A program made the position numbers and the translations under genes. This document shows positions 1-12,062 of a stretch of 64,000 bases of DNA, piece after piece. The DNA is from Amphiscolops sp. MND2022. Lineage: Eukaryota. The stretch covers positions 84,942,001-85,006,000 of the forward strand of contig OZ076409.1 of the NCBI GenBank assembly GCA_964187785.1. Reading direction: 5' to 3'. The notes beneath the pieces are model-generated. The model made no database searches. It saw nothing but the letters and a program-made list of their open reading frames with translations, and was not told where the DNA came from. Every line of letters begins with the position of its first letter. The first letter of the stretch is position 1.

Positions 1-314
1 CTGCCTCTGGCATCATTCCTCATCTTCGGGGCACAATGGTCTCATTTGGCACTTTTCTGCCAAAACCCTGTCTTTTTGCTGTCAGATGGCAGAATTCCTG
101 ATTCTCACGCCTTCTGGGTGATGACATCTCGGACATTCTCGTTCCTGGGTGGTGGGGGGTCTTTCTGGTGGTGTTTTGCCTTTATTTTGCTTCCTCTACG
201 GTTTTCGTACCTGCCGGGTCGGCCATCTTGAATGTGCTTGTTTGATGTCGCACATTTCGAATTTTTGATCGAAATTTTCAAATACTTCTGCAACGTCTTT
301 TGCCTGACGTTACA
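1..314. mobile_element. Truncated (window-edge) diverged copy of the TGTAACGTC...GACGTTACA repeat family
   Basis: Ends in GACGTTACA at 306-314. Shares the block ACCTGCC(G/A)GGTCGGCCAT..TTGA...TTGATCGAA with 21694-22395 and 30839-31554. Confidence 0.65.
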
Positions 315-1612
315 ATTACAGTACGTCAATATGCATTCATCAAGGTGCATAGCTGAATGGTCTTTTACAAAGCGCAGTGAAATGCTGCAAGGCTTTTCCA
401 AGCTGTAGGGAAATTTTCTTACCTGCAGGGTTTTTTCTAAAAATTTTCCATGCATTGATGCAATTTTTTCTGAATTTTCTGTTTTCTAAAATGACTAGTC
501 TGCGTGCTTTAGTGTTGAATGTAAAAAATCTTGCAGTTTCTAGGGTTTCCTAGGGCTCGCTAACTCTTTCGGGAAACGAATACTTTCGACCCAATATATT
601 GCATCAAAACTGAAAAGCTCTTTCATTGTCCTCGTTGCGTTGTAAATTTTCTCAATCATTTTCCCGCTCATAGTCCCCTTTCAACTTTTAAACTATTCTA
701 TTCTTCAACATTTTGATAAATGAACTTTTTTTGAAGAAAATTGACGTATCGTTTTAGACGACCAAGAGGCGAAGCAAGATTCAGATGATGAAGTTTTGAA
801 TAACCTCAGAAAATCTATATTACCCAATGGTTCTCCTATCAGAATGCGATTCAAAAATAAAGTCATCAATGCGGGCAAGCCAAAAAGGAGGAGACGAATA
901 AAAAAACGTCCTCTTTCAGCTTCGGCCAGGGACACAACGAAGAGACGCAACGTTCGAAGGAGCAAAACAGATAAACAAAAATATCGATTGCCGAACTTTG
1001 ATTTAGATTTATCAACAGTCACAGAATCGGATATGACTCCACCGAAATCGTAAACAACAAAATATTAACCTAAGTTGAATTGAGACTATGATTGGTTTCT
1101 TTCGTTCCTGTGTTCGTAATAGTTTTCATTAAGTGTCGCAGGCCGCCGCCTGTGACGGCACAAGAATCACAACGAGAAGCCCATTGGACAAGAAGATGAA
1201 TAGTGTTAGTGTTCAGATTCAAAGGGCAATTAGTGTGCCATTAGTAGTCAGATACCAGATATTGCCCCAAATCCAAAATGCCATCATGGTCAGATCGGGA
1301 CATGTGACACAGAAAGGATGGAACGTTCCTGCTGAGAGACCGGAAACAAATGGCGAAGTTCTGCGAAATGAAAAGGCCAGAAATAACTCGAAAAGTGAGC
1401 GAGTCCAAAACAGTCTCACTGACGAAACCACAAACCAAGCTAACGACATCAAGAGTTTTATATTTACGAATGAGGCCTAAAAGAAATGAATGAATTGGTA
1501 GCTGATACCATGATTATTGCAATGAGATACAACTATACTAGTGAGTGACCGAAAAAAAACGGCACGCATAACTAAACAAAGATCAAGATGCGTCTCGAAA
1601 TGAAATGAGTTT

Positions 1613-2023
1613 TGTTACTGACATCGCATAATGGGTGAATTCGTCATAGCAGTCGTGGGGACAGTGGCCATAAAATGAATGGTCAGGAAATGCCCGGAAA
1701 CACTGACTAAGATTAGTAAAAGGTTGAGACCAGTAAAATACCTGATATTATATAAAATATATTTATTATATAAGAATAATCAGAAAAGAGGAGGGGTAAC
1801 AAAGAGGGGACAGTTTCAAAACATATTTACCTGAGGAATTGGTCTCCTCTTTCTCTTTTCTTTTCTTGAGTTTCGTTTCTATATCTTGCAAAAACGCAAA
1901 GATTAATTTTTGAATAATTCCATTCAGGAGAACTTGCTATGAGCAATACGAATTAAGCAACAATCAAAACTATTCAAAAGATTTCACGTCGAAATTCGTC
2001 GATCAAAATGTTGAGTCACAACA
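1613..2023 (-). repeat. 3' LTR of BEL element 1
   Basis: TGTTACTG...TCACAACA. About 6 substitutions (counted by eye) versus 8358-8768. G-rich PPT-like tract (minus strand CGGGGTCGGAATA) adjacent at 2024-2036. Confidence 0.97.
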
Positions 2024-2092
2024 TATTCCGACCCCGAAAAAGGGTTTGGATGAAAGTTGATATCACTATTCAGGTGAAATTAAGGCGAAGTT

Positions 2093-5000
2093 TCAAGTTT
2101 TGTTTACGATGTCGACAGGGATTTTTGACAACTTCACGACTGGTCTGTGAATGTAGCCATAGGTCGTTTTGAGTCTGCAAGATCGCACGACTCCATCCGC
2201 CCTCGGAAACACTTTGTCAACTCTTGCCATCGGCCATAACCCACGTGGTGTAAAATCTTCTAGTACCCAAACCAAGTCGCCAGGCTGCAAATTCTGGGTT
2301 GGAGTGGACCATTTGCCACGCTTGAGGAGAGTAGGCATGTATTCTTTCAGGAAACGATTCCAAAACTGATCAGAGATCTGTTGTGCTTGCTTCCAACTGC
2401 TGGAGATAGTAATTGACTTGTCCAAGAAAATGCCGGGTGGATAATTTGGCGATGGACGGCCCAGCAGGAAATGGTTTGGTGTGATTGGTTCCACGTCTCG
2501 GAAATCGCTGTATACTTGAGTAAGAGGTCGACCATTCATCATAGCAGCAACCTCGCACACAAACGTCGAGAGGGTGTCATGAGTCAAAGTTCGAGAACCA
2601 ATTACACGGTAAAAGGCATTCTTGAACACCTTTACCAAACTCTCCCAAGAACCACCAAAATGAGGCGATGATGGGGGGATAAAGCGCCAATCCAAATGGA
2701 GTAGTAACAAGGCGTCGCGAAAGGAATTGTCCGTTCGAAGTTTCTCAATGCCATCTTTCAGTTCTTTACTAGCTTTGATGAAAGTTGTCGCATTGTCAGA
2801 GTAGATTTGTTGTGGATTTCCACGCAAATAAACGAAACGACGTATTGCCATGAGGGTTGTCTCAGTATTAAGATCAGCACAAGTTTCGATATGAACAGCT
2901 CTTGTGACAAGGCAAGTAAATAGCAAGCAATATCGTCTCTCGAATTGACCATTGTCTTTGATGGGAAACGGACCAACGAAATCGAGTCCTGTTGTAAGAA
3001 ATGGAAAGTGGTTGGCAGAAGGTAAGCGACAATCAGGTAGATCAGCCATGATCGGATAGTCAACATGCTGAGTAATCCTTTTGCAAGGAATACAATGATG
3101 GATGATGGTCTTGAGTGCAGATCGACAACGTAAAACCCAAAACTGCTCTGAGACTGTTCGAGACTAGCATGGGAGTTGCTTTTGTGTATATGGAGGAGAA
3201 AAAGTTTTACTGCCGGGTGTTTCGAGTCAAGAATGATTGGGTAACGAGCCACAAGCAGATATTTAGCTTTGGAAAGCCTGCCGCGAGAGCGAAGAAGACC
3301 TTGACGATCAAGAAATGGAGAGAGCGATGATATTCGTGAGTTAGACGCAGGAGATTTTTGATTCCTTAGAGCGTTGTTTTCTTCCGGAAACGAAGTTCGT
3401 TGAGTCTCCAATAAGATCCATCTGAACGCTTTCATAAGGTGAGCAACACCCAATCTATCGTTGATGCGACGGTGTTTGTCCAACAATAAATAACAGAATG
3501 CAACGGTTTTGAGGAGACGAGTCCATTGACTAAAATTTTGAAAAGATACGATTGCGTCATTTGGGTGCAGGGGAAACAAGAAATTGGACATTCGGGTGCG
3601 ATGTAAGATCTTTCTGGCCAAGTCTCTGGATTTTTCAGAAGGAAATCGGGTCCTTTGAGCCATCGTGACTCGGATGTAAAAATTGAAACCGGTATTCCTC
3701 TAGTACCATCGTCGGCCGGATTCAAGTCTGTGGGAACGTAACGCCACTGCGACACAGTCGAAGTTGAGAGAATGATGGATATACGGTTGGCTATGAAAAT
3801 TTTGTGTCGGCTCTCGGATGAGTTGATCCAAGATAGAACTGTAGTGCTGTCTGTCCAATATACAATTGTGTCAAAAAAAAGTTTTGCTCTTCTTTGATGA
3901 ATTGAGCCAGTTTGGCTCCGTTCGTTGCTGCCAATAGTTCGAGATTGGGGGTGGTCATTCTCTTGATTGGTGCTACTCGAGCTTTTCCTAGAATGAAACT
4001 AAGACTCACGGATTTGTCGGAGAAAACTGTACGAAGAAATACAACATTGGCTATTGCTTTTTCAGAAGCATCGTTAAAAACGTGTAATTCTTTACGAACT
4101 GGTTGTTTGGAAGCCTCGAAATAATGTCGCTTAATGTGAACTCTCGAAAGGTTTGCTACATCTTCGAAAAAATTTTTCAGCTCAGGATAATCTGCAAGCG
4201 CGATGGGACGGTCCCAATGCTGGTTACCCTTCCAAATTTGCTGAAGAGAGGTGCGAACGCGAATTTGAAAAGGTGACGACATACCAAGAGGGTCAAAAAT
4301 TGAAGAAACGTACTTCAGTAGTGTTCTTTGAGTTAGCTTTTTTGGAGTGTCTTGAAAATTGGTAGGTTCCAAAAGATAGCAATCGTCAATCGTATTCCAT
4401 TTCACGCCTAATACTCTGTCGATAACTTTCTTGTTTGGATTGATTGGTGCTGAATTCGACCTGTCGGACTCTGGAATGGACTGATTGAATTCAAGGTTGT
4501 TGGACGTCCATTTCGTTAAATTGAAACCACCGGTTGCTAAAACTGTTTGGAGGACTGTGCGCAAATTCTTTGCTTCTTCGAGGGTATCAGTCGACACATA
4601 GAGATCGTCCATGTAGATGTGACAAGCGACCAAATTTGGAGCCTCAGGATAGGCAGTTTTGTTGTCCTCGGCGCATTGTCGAACAGCGTAGCAAGCAGCA
4701 CAGGGTGAATCTGTGGCACCAAAATTATGGCGATTGTACTCATGAACTTCGTTACGCCATAAATATTGTAAGAAGCGTCTATCTGAAGGGGGTACTGAAA
4801 CTTGCATGAACATTGCTTCAATGTCAGCGGATAAGGCAACACATTTTTCGCGAAAGCGCATAATCAAACCAGTAAGGTTACACAACAAGTCAGGTCCTTT
4901 CAGAAGACTAGAATTCAGCGAAGTACCTTGATAAACTGATGATGCATTGGTTACTCTTCGAATTTTACCAGGTTTATTCACATTGGTTACAGGGTGATGT

Positions 5001-7361
5001 GGAAGATACCAAGCGTCTTCTCGATTCGCTTCGGAGTCAGGTACAACAGACACGTATCCCTTCTCGATGTCGGTTGCAATGGACGCTTCGTAAAGAGAAC
5101 CTAGTTGAGGTTTTCGTGTCAACTTGATTTCAAGTGACGATAGCTGTTTTTGAGCTACCCATTTGTTGTTAGGCAGAGAGACATGGTTCTTCCAAAGGAG
5201 GCCAATTTCATAGTGTCCATCAACAAGTTTGGTAGTTTTCTTCAAGATGGAGAGAGCTTGCTGATCTTCAGCAGACAGACTTTTTTGCTACTCGTGATGC
5301 CAGAGCAATCAATGTGCATCCACTCTTGAACTTGCTGGAAGAGAGCTTCATGTCGGGATCGAAGATTTGTAACGTTTGTGGCAGCTGTTGTCGGAAGTAT
5401 CGAACGACCGGCAACTGTCCAACCAAGTTTTGTCGACATAGCACAAGGTGTGTTGGGCGGCCCTCGAATCACAGTACGACTATATGTTTGGAGGTTCAAG
5501 GTAGGCACTGCCAAAACATTGCGCAATGGCATTGCCGCTGCGGCATTGTAAGGAGCAATTGTCAAGTCGAGTGATATAGCAGCAACTGTTGATGTAGTGT
5601 TGACGCCTTCAAGAAGAATAGGGGAAGACAATGTTCAGCAATTTTCTTGGTGATCAAAGACACTGAGCTGCCTGTGTCTAGAAGGGCGAACACGTCTGCA
5701 GTTTTACCACCCGATGAAACAGTCACAGGCACAATTGGACGGAGACCGGGGTTTCGCAGCCGCAAAGTGGACAATGTGGAAGATTGTATTTGATTTTGAC
5801 ATTGTCTGTCAATATGGAGCAAGGTGTGGTGTTTTTTCATACATCCAGGTTGCTGACAAACTTTTGTTGACTTGCAATCATTGAAGTTATGACCCTTCAG
5901 ACAGTTGAAGCACAAAAGGTACTTCTTAGCGTAATTTTTGCGGTCTATTGGAGAAAATGCTTTGAAATGCTCGCAGCTCCCCAAGTAGACACAACCTTTC
6001 TTCTCCGGACATAAACTAGATTGAGAAGACGGTTTGACGAACGGCGTTTTGGAATTGTGGCCTTGAGCTCGCGCAATTGTTGATGAGGAGGAACGTCCGT
6101 TGTGATTAGTGTCAGAGAAAGGAATAAAGCTGTCACGACAAGCTGTTGCAAAGTTTTGAAGCCAAGGAGCAAAATTTCTGAGCGACGGGTCTTTGATGTT
6201 TTGCGATAGCACGTGGCGATTCCAATTTAGCCTAACATCGGCCGGCAGTTTCGAAAGTGCACTGGTAAGATTGACGGTGGAGTGAATGTCATAGAGAAAA
6301 TTTAATTGTGTGAAGGTATCGACAAGAGAAGAGATGAAATTTGCATAGTTCGTGATGGAACTCGGCTCATCAGTTGATGGTTGCCTGAATGTTTGGAGAC
6401 GTTGAAGAAATGACATCACAATACGATCAGGTTTGCCGTATGTTGACTTCAATCTAGATAGTGCATACTGGTACATTGAGGGATTACAACCATAACCGGC
6501 AATTAATGCTTTTGGTTCTCCAGAGACAAGAGTTTGTCAGTGGATGATCTTTTCCGCTTGCGAAATTGCAGCGCTGTCGATGGTAGCGGAAAAAAGACCA
6601 AACCAATCTAACCAAGCCAAGGGATCGCCCTGGAAAACAGGTGGTTGAATTTTTGGCAAGGTCAGTCGACGTTGCGGTGGCACAGTGTCTGTATTGTCAT
6701 GAAGGGCGTTGGTCGTGCTGATGGACGCTGGATCAATAGCATTTTCATGCGTAGATGTGTCGACCAATTGCGTAATACCGAAAGGATTAGTTTGAAGGTT
6801 GTTTGACAAGGGCATATTGGGCTCAAAAGTGGTTGATGAAAATGAAACGGCATTGGTTAATGGAGGTACAGCAGTAGAGTCGTCTCCGTGGGGATGATGC
6901 GAAGACGATGAAGAAGGAAGGTCAGAAGTTGCAGCGGCCGGCGCCGGAGAATCGTTAGAGTTACTACCACTACAAGAGGACCTTTTGCTTCTAGCCACAG
7001 ATACCTTGAAGCGACGAATGTCGAGTTTGATAGATGTCAATTTGTTGGCATGAGGTGCGAAGTCTGTGGTTGAGATATGAAGGGCTAAAGATTTCGTCAA
7101 TCGAACAAGCTCAGCTTCAGCAACTGTTAATTCCGACGTAACGGAACTAATATCATCAAAATCTGTGTAGTTAGTCAGCAAATCATTGCCAAAAGATAAC
7201 AAACTTGCAACTTCTTCCTGCTGTAACAAAATGAGGCTGTGGATAGTGTTGATTTCAGAAGGCTCAGAGTCGACAGTTTGAGTGTCGGCCGAGACGTCAT
7301 CATGGGCATCGTCACCGTTAGACGGCTCACGATTGCGTAAATTATAAGTTTTGGGAGGCAT
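2093..7361 (-). pseudogene. BEL/Pao gag-pol polyprotein, broken by several frameshifts and stops
   Basis: Gag FQGDPLAWLDWFGLF. Knuckles CFNCLKGHNFNDC and CQQPGCMKKHHTLLH. Protease LLDTGS. RT WYLPHHPV, DIEAMF, YMDDL. RNase H HVFNDAS. Integrase GLDFVGPF, SDNAT, PHFGGSWE, GLWPMARV. Confidence 0.95.
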
Positions 7362-7508
7362 TGCGAAGCAGCTGAAAAATTTCGATGGAAACGAAAGATG
7401 TTCCTTTTTCGGAAAGATGTTACGAACGACTAATCTCACCCTGATCGACCCGTGCGAGTTAACGCACTTTGAGTGTCACAAGGATCAAAAAATCGTTAGC
7501 AACAGATG

Positions 7509-8098
7509 CTATTGATGAGCCTGGAAGGACAGCCTGTCTCGCTTGTTTTTGCGCTGTTTCTTCAGGAGTGAAACGAGGTTTTGTTGATGCTTGACTACAA
7601 TGCGAAGTAAATGGGAATCCAAGGCAAGCGAAGGGTGAACACTACTCAACGCACGGATGACAGAAGGAGTCTTTCGTTTTCGTTGAGACAACAATTTATT
7701 TTGAGCGTCTAAAATGAGGATTCCAGATGAAAAAAGTTCTTTCAGGATGTTTGGACTTCCACTCCGTTGAACGTAAACAATGGCGCAGATGCGATTTCGG
7801 AATTCAAAGAGCAGTTGAATCAACTCTTCAGGTCAGGTGACAGGGATGTGTAATTGTTGCTCTGATGCTTCGAGAGACTGTTACTAATGACGTCGTGCCA
7901 AATGACTATGTTTTGTTTGCGTGCGAGTGGGCCACGACGAAGAAGATTTTGCAAAACTTTGCAACGATAATTCGAAGAAGTGTTGAAACTGAGTCCTCGT
8001 ATTGCAAAGGATCTTTTGGAGAGTGAATAACGGAAGGAATCAGGGATGGACGTTGACTTTAGGATATTATCGAGACAACTGGCTCCGATGATAAACAT
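7509..8098 (-). pseudogene. Extra ORF upstream of gag, SGNH/GDSL-hydrolase-like, ~194 aa once a 5-bp duplication (CCTGA, ~7828-7837) is removed
   Basis: ORFs 7820-8098 and 7509-7823 join in frame after removing the duplicated 5-mer. Motifs FIIGASCL / IRGLS / VIWHDVISNSL / SVHPS are spaced like SGNH blocks I, II, III and V. Confidence 0.6.
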
Positions 8099-8337
8099 AA
8101 TGAAAGACGTAAAAGATGATAATAACGTAACAAATGCGAAACATAACGAAACGAATGAAAATGTAGGTAAAACAAAAGTTTATACTCCTCACAGTTGTTC
8201 GAATATATCAAATAAAACAAAAGCGACGGATGGACAGGAGACGTAACGAAGATTGGAACAACTAGAAAGAAGAATCCCAGAAACGAAATGAATTGCAACC
8301 AACGTGGTAACAGACACGAAGAATGGGATCGACTTTA

Positions 8338-8351
8338 CACGTTGGGCGCCA
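8338..8351 (-). promoter_or_regulatory. Primer-binding site, tRNA-Lys(CUU)-type
   Basis: Minus strand TGGCGCCCAACGTG, 6 nt inside the 5' LTR. Matches the first 14 nt of the classical tRNA-Lys1,2 PBS TGGCGCCCAACGTGGGGC. Confidence 0.9.
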
Positions 8352-8357
8352 AAATTA

Positions 8358-8768
8358 TGTTACTGACCTCGCATAATGGGTGAATTCGTCATAGCAGTCG
8401 TGGGGACAATGGCCATAAAATGAATGGTCAGGAAATGCCCGGAAACACTGACTAAGATTAGTAAAAGGTTGAGACCAGTAAAATAACTGATATTATATAA
8501 AATATATTTATTATATAAGAATAATCAGAAAAGAGGAGGGGTAACAAAGAGGGGACAGTTTCAAAATATATTTACCTGAGGAATTGGTTTCCTCTTTCTC
8601 TTTTCTTTTCTTGAGTTTCGTTTCTATATCTTGCAAAAACGCAAAGATTAATTTTTGAATAATTCCATTCAGGAGAACTTGCTATGAGCAATACGAATTA
8701 AGCAACAATCAAAACTATTCAAAAGATTTCACGTCGAAATTCATCGATCAAAATGTTGAGTCACAACA
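8358..8768 (-). repeat. 5' LTR of BEL element 1
   Basis: Direct repeat of 1613-2023, adjacent to the PBS. Confidence 0.97.
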
Positions 8769-9127
8769 AGTTTAAACTGAGCGACTAAACGTTTTGTTTT
8801 TGTGATTTTGTGCTCGAAGCTGATGTTGGTTCAGTTGATTTACAGGCAAGAAAAAACTTGAAGAACTTCTGACATTGTTGACAAAGGTGTTCGTGCGTAG
8901 TCAAACATGGAAAGCGTCGCGTGTGTGGCATTTGTGTGGAAACCGTTTCTTGCAGTGCAAAAATTTCGTGGGTGCCTTTTCTCAAACCTGAAACATCAAC
9001 CGGACCAAAAGCAACCGGACCAAACGCAACCGGACCTGGATGTTTAATGAGTTTTCCTGTCAATCGCTCAGAATTATCCTCTTACGTGCCCAATACTTGG
9101 GAATTCATTTCAACCTTTGAATGATAG

Positions 9128-10655
9128 TGTCGCATCCATCAAGATGCGATGGTTCCGTGGTGCAGCTTTGAAGAGGAACAGATGACAGACCCATTTCAAC
9201 AAACTCTCTAAAACTTTGCTGAACCTGTTTTACATGATGTCTTAAAACTCAATGTTGTTTAGTCTCGAAAGTCATGTAAATATGATATTTATATTATGGT
9301 TGTTGTGAATAGACCTTCATCATAGTGCTAACACACTTTCATTGCTTCATTGAGAACCCTTGTTTTGATAGTACAATGAGTTATCTCACTGTCTAATCAT
9401 ATATTCTAAAGGTCCTAATGCGTCTAGATTCATAATCAGATAGTAATCTACTTCTTAGCTAGTACAATTATGCGGTACTATGCGGATTGAGGAATGATGA
9501 GTACTCGTCATTATGCGTTTTTACTAGTGTCATTATGCGGCATTATACGTTTCAAGGTGTAACGAGTATGCGGCATTATGCGCTTTTCATAAAAACTTTA
9601 TACGGCATCCTGCGGAACTAGTAGTGACGTATACTCGTCACTATGCGGTTCTTGCAGGACTTGTTAATTAAACCCAGCACGTGTTAAAATGTTATCTAGA
9701 AGCCGTTTCAACTGCAAATGAAGGCCATCTTAAAAGAATCCCAGGGTCCATTAGTTTCTTTTCCCAATCATACTTTTATGATGTCATGTAAATGTGCTAT
9801 TTTTATAATATGATGTCATTTGACGCAGTTCTATTTTTGTGCTGTTTTCTTCATGATGACTCTAGTAAAAAAAGGTGTCATGGTTTTTGAATATATTTCG
9901 TTTTGTAATAAAATTGGGAGAATCCATACCAAGACTTGTCTTTCACCAAAAGCAGTTGCTTTTCAAATGATTGTAAACCTTTCGATTTCATCACTGTAAA
10001 CTCTCCGATCCTGTTCTTTCGAGATACTAAAGTCAATTCAAATTCTTCCCCAAAAGCCAGAAAACATTTTTCACTTGAGACAAGATGGGAAATAGACGAA
10101 ATAGACGGTCAAGAAGACTAGAAACCCCCTCCCCAGAGAGGAGTGTAGAAAGAACCCAAGTAGAAACGCCATATACAGGTAATATAACTTTAACTAATCC
10201 TGATACAGTTGTTCAAGAAAATTTAGGTGAAAACAACATAGGAGAACAATTAATCGAACCCAGCCAAATCAGCACTGAGATCCAAGCTCGGACCCAAATA
10301 CTTGAACAAAAGAATAACGATAGAATAGAGAAAATGAGGGAAGAAATGGATAACAAACTCGAAACCATTCTCAGAGAGATAAAGTCAAATAAAAGTGTAT
10401 CAATAGTAACAAACCCAAGGTCTGAAAATGATGAAATACAAAACGCGCAACCTATGGGATCCAAAGGAAACAAGTCTATAGGAGTACACGCATCTAACAA
10501 TGATAATTCAGAAACTGAAGACGAAGATTTTCCTCTTAAGGCATCTAAAATGAAAGATCTAAAACATCCCCTTTTTCGAAGTGAATCGGACGTAGATATC
10601 ACTATACACTCAGATGAGGAATCTGACGCAGAGGGCCTAAATGAGGATTATCACA
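9128..10655 (+). repeat. 5' LTR of Gypsy copy A (~1.53 kb; contains the start of gag)
   Basis: Its 3' part (10391-10655) is repeated at 20061-20334. Ends GATTATCACA, immediately followed by TGG. Similar in length to the homologous LTR at 46754-48289. Confidence 0.88.
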
Positions 10656-10668
10656 TGGTGACAGGAGC
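10656..10668 (+). promoter_or_regulatory. Primer-binding site (tRNA-Leu-like), inside the gag reading frame
   Basis: TGGTGACAGGAGC directly after the LTR CA end, identical in copy B (46741-46753, minus). Resembles the tRNA-Leu(CAG) PBS TGGTGTCAGGAG with one mismatch. Confidence 0.7.
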
Positions 10669-11757
10669 CAACCGACAACTCCATAGACAGAGCTCACAAA
10701 AGCTAAATGGTACAATTGGATCCCATGCAGACCAAAACACAACAAACTCAATAACACAACCACTTGATCCAGTTAATCAAATTGCTCTGGCAATAGAGAA
10801 ACTGGCCAACAAAAACTCTCCCCAATCACTTTTTCACCCCAAAAATACACTCACCTTCAATGGGAAAAATGAGAAAAACGAGAAATTCGAATATTTTGAG
10901 GACTTGTTCCATACAACACTACGAATGCAAGCAAACTTAACAGAGGAAATGAAAATTAATCATTTCCACGCCCATCTGAGAGGTTTAGCCCTTAAAACCT
11001 TCAAAAACATACAAAGAACTCCCACCACGACGTTGGAAGACATTTTAAAAGTCTTTCGCCGAAAATTTGTAAAACCTTGTAAAATTTGTGCATCTGCTAA
11101 ACATAGATTCAACAGACTCTTTTTTGACCCAGAAAACCAAAAACTTCCGGACTTCTTAGAAGAACTCCAAGAAAGTGCTGAAAAAGCGTTCGAGGACAAA
11201 GCCCACCAAATGATAGAGAACCTACTCTACGCCAAAATGCATCCCCACCTGAAAAAGTCCATTAACCAAGCTTATCTTGAGAATGGCACTTACGACCAAA
11301 TTGTTAAACACCTTGAAAGAGAAATGGAACTTAACGGCCTAGAAGCAGATGATACACTCGTCAAAACTCAAATGACCGTTACTAAAAAAGAACAAAATAC
11401 TGAAAAAACCAACAAAAAACAAACTGACAAAACCAAAAAACAAACTCCAAAAACAGTACCTGATAAAACCCTCAAAAACGACCAGTGCCGTTACTGCAAG
11501 GAGACAGGTCACATGATGACTGACTGTCCCAAATTAGCCAAACGACGCAAACTTGAGGAAGATCCGGAAGCCGAAAAATGTCAAAATTGCAACACCCCAG
11601 GACATGATGAAGAAAACTGTTAATTCGGTGCCAATATGGAAAATCGTCCAACCAAATGGAACCTCACAGAAGCCCTGAAAAAAGTCATTGAAAACTACAA
11701 ACAAGCCAAAAAACCTATTAAACCAAAAATGGAACACCAACAATCCTCGTCGAAGGA

Positions 11758-11764
11758 TTTAAAC
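11758..11764 (+). promoter_or_regulatory. -1 ribosomal frameshift slippery heptamer T TTA AAC at the gag/pol junction
   Basis: X XXY YYZ in the gag frame, directly before the gag stop. The -1 frame is open and continuous with ORF 11833-12078. Confidence 0.85.
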
Positions 11765-12062
11765 TAGAAACGCCACGCCTTTACACAAAATCACCACAAA
11801 AACCAAACTCAATTGATGACTGGCAGCATCAGTTGAACCCAAAACCTACAAAAACATCAGCCTGTGAAACAGACTCTATAACAGAAAATTTACAACAGTT
11901 AACTCTAGAAACTCAACCTGAAGACTTATACGAACTCTTACACGATGCACCAGACAACTACTTTCCTCAACAATCCAACAACCCCGAAACTAACCCAAAC
12001 TCAGAAATCCAACACATAACAAAACACCACGTAACAATAAAAACTTCTTGCAATAATGAAAA

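Larger units (their letters stand above)
1613..8768 (-). mobile_element. BEL/Pao LTR retrotransposon, full length, coding region degenerate
   Basis: Two 411-bp TG...CA direct repeats. 5-bp TSD AGTTT at 1608-1612 and 8769-8773. PBS and PPT present. gag-PR-RT-RH-IN order with Pao-type motifs. Confidence 0.97.
10085..11767 (+). pseudogene. Gypsy gag (one premature TAA at 11621-11623)
   Basis: Capsid-like TFNGKNEK..FEYFEDLF..HLRGLALKTF. CCHC knuckles CRYCKETGHMMTDC and CQNCNTPGHDEENC. The frame continues past the TAA to TAG at 11765-11767. Confidence 0.9.

Noticed and set aside
796..1053. Basic ORF (GKPKRRRRIKKR), possibly a transposase tail or host exon
   Set aside because: Short, non-ATG start, no diagnostic domain and no supported splice partners.
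1134..1612. TGTCGCA start resembling the Gypsy LTR terminus, with a 115-aa ORF
   Set aside because: No further homology, matching end or TSD could be found.
8997..9037. 15-bp tandem repeat (ACCGGACCAAA.GCA) giving a GPVAF repeat ORF
   Set aside because: Only ~2.5 units, with no supportable boundaries or function.
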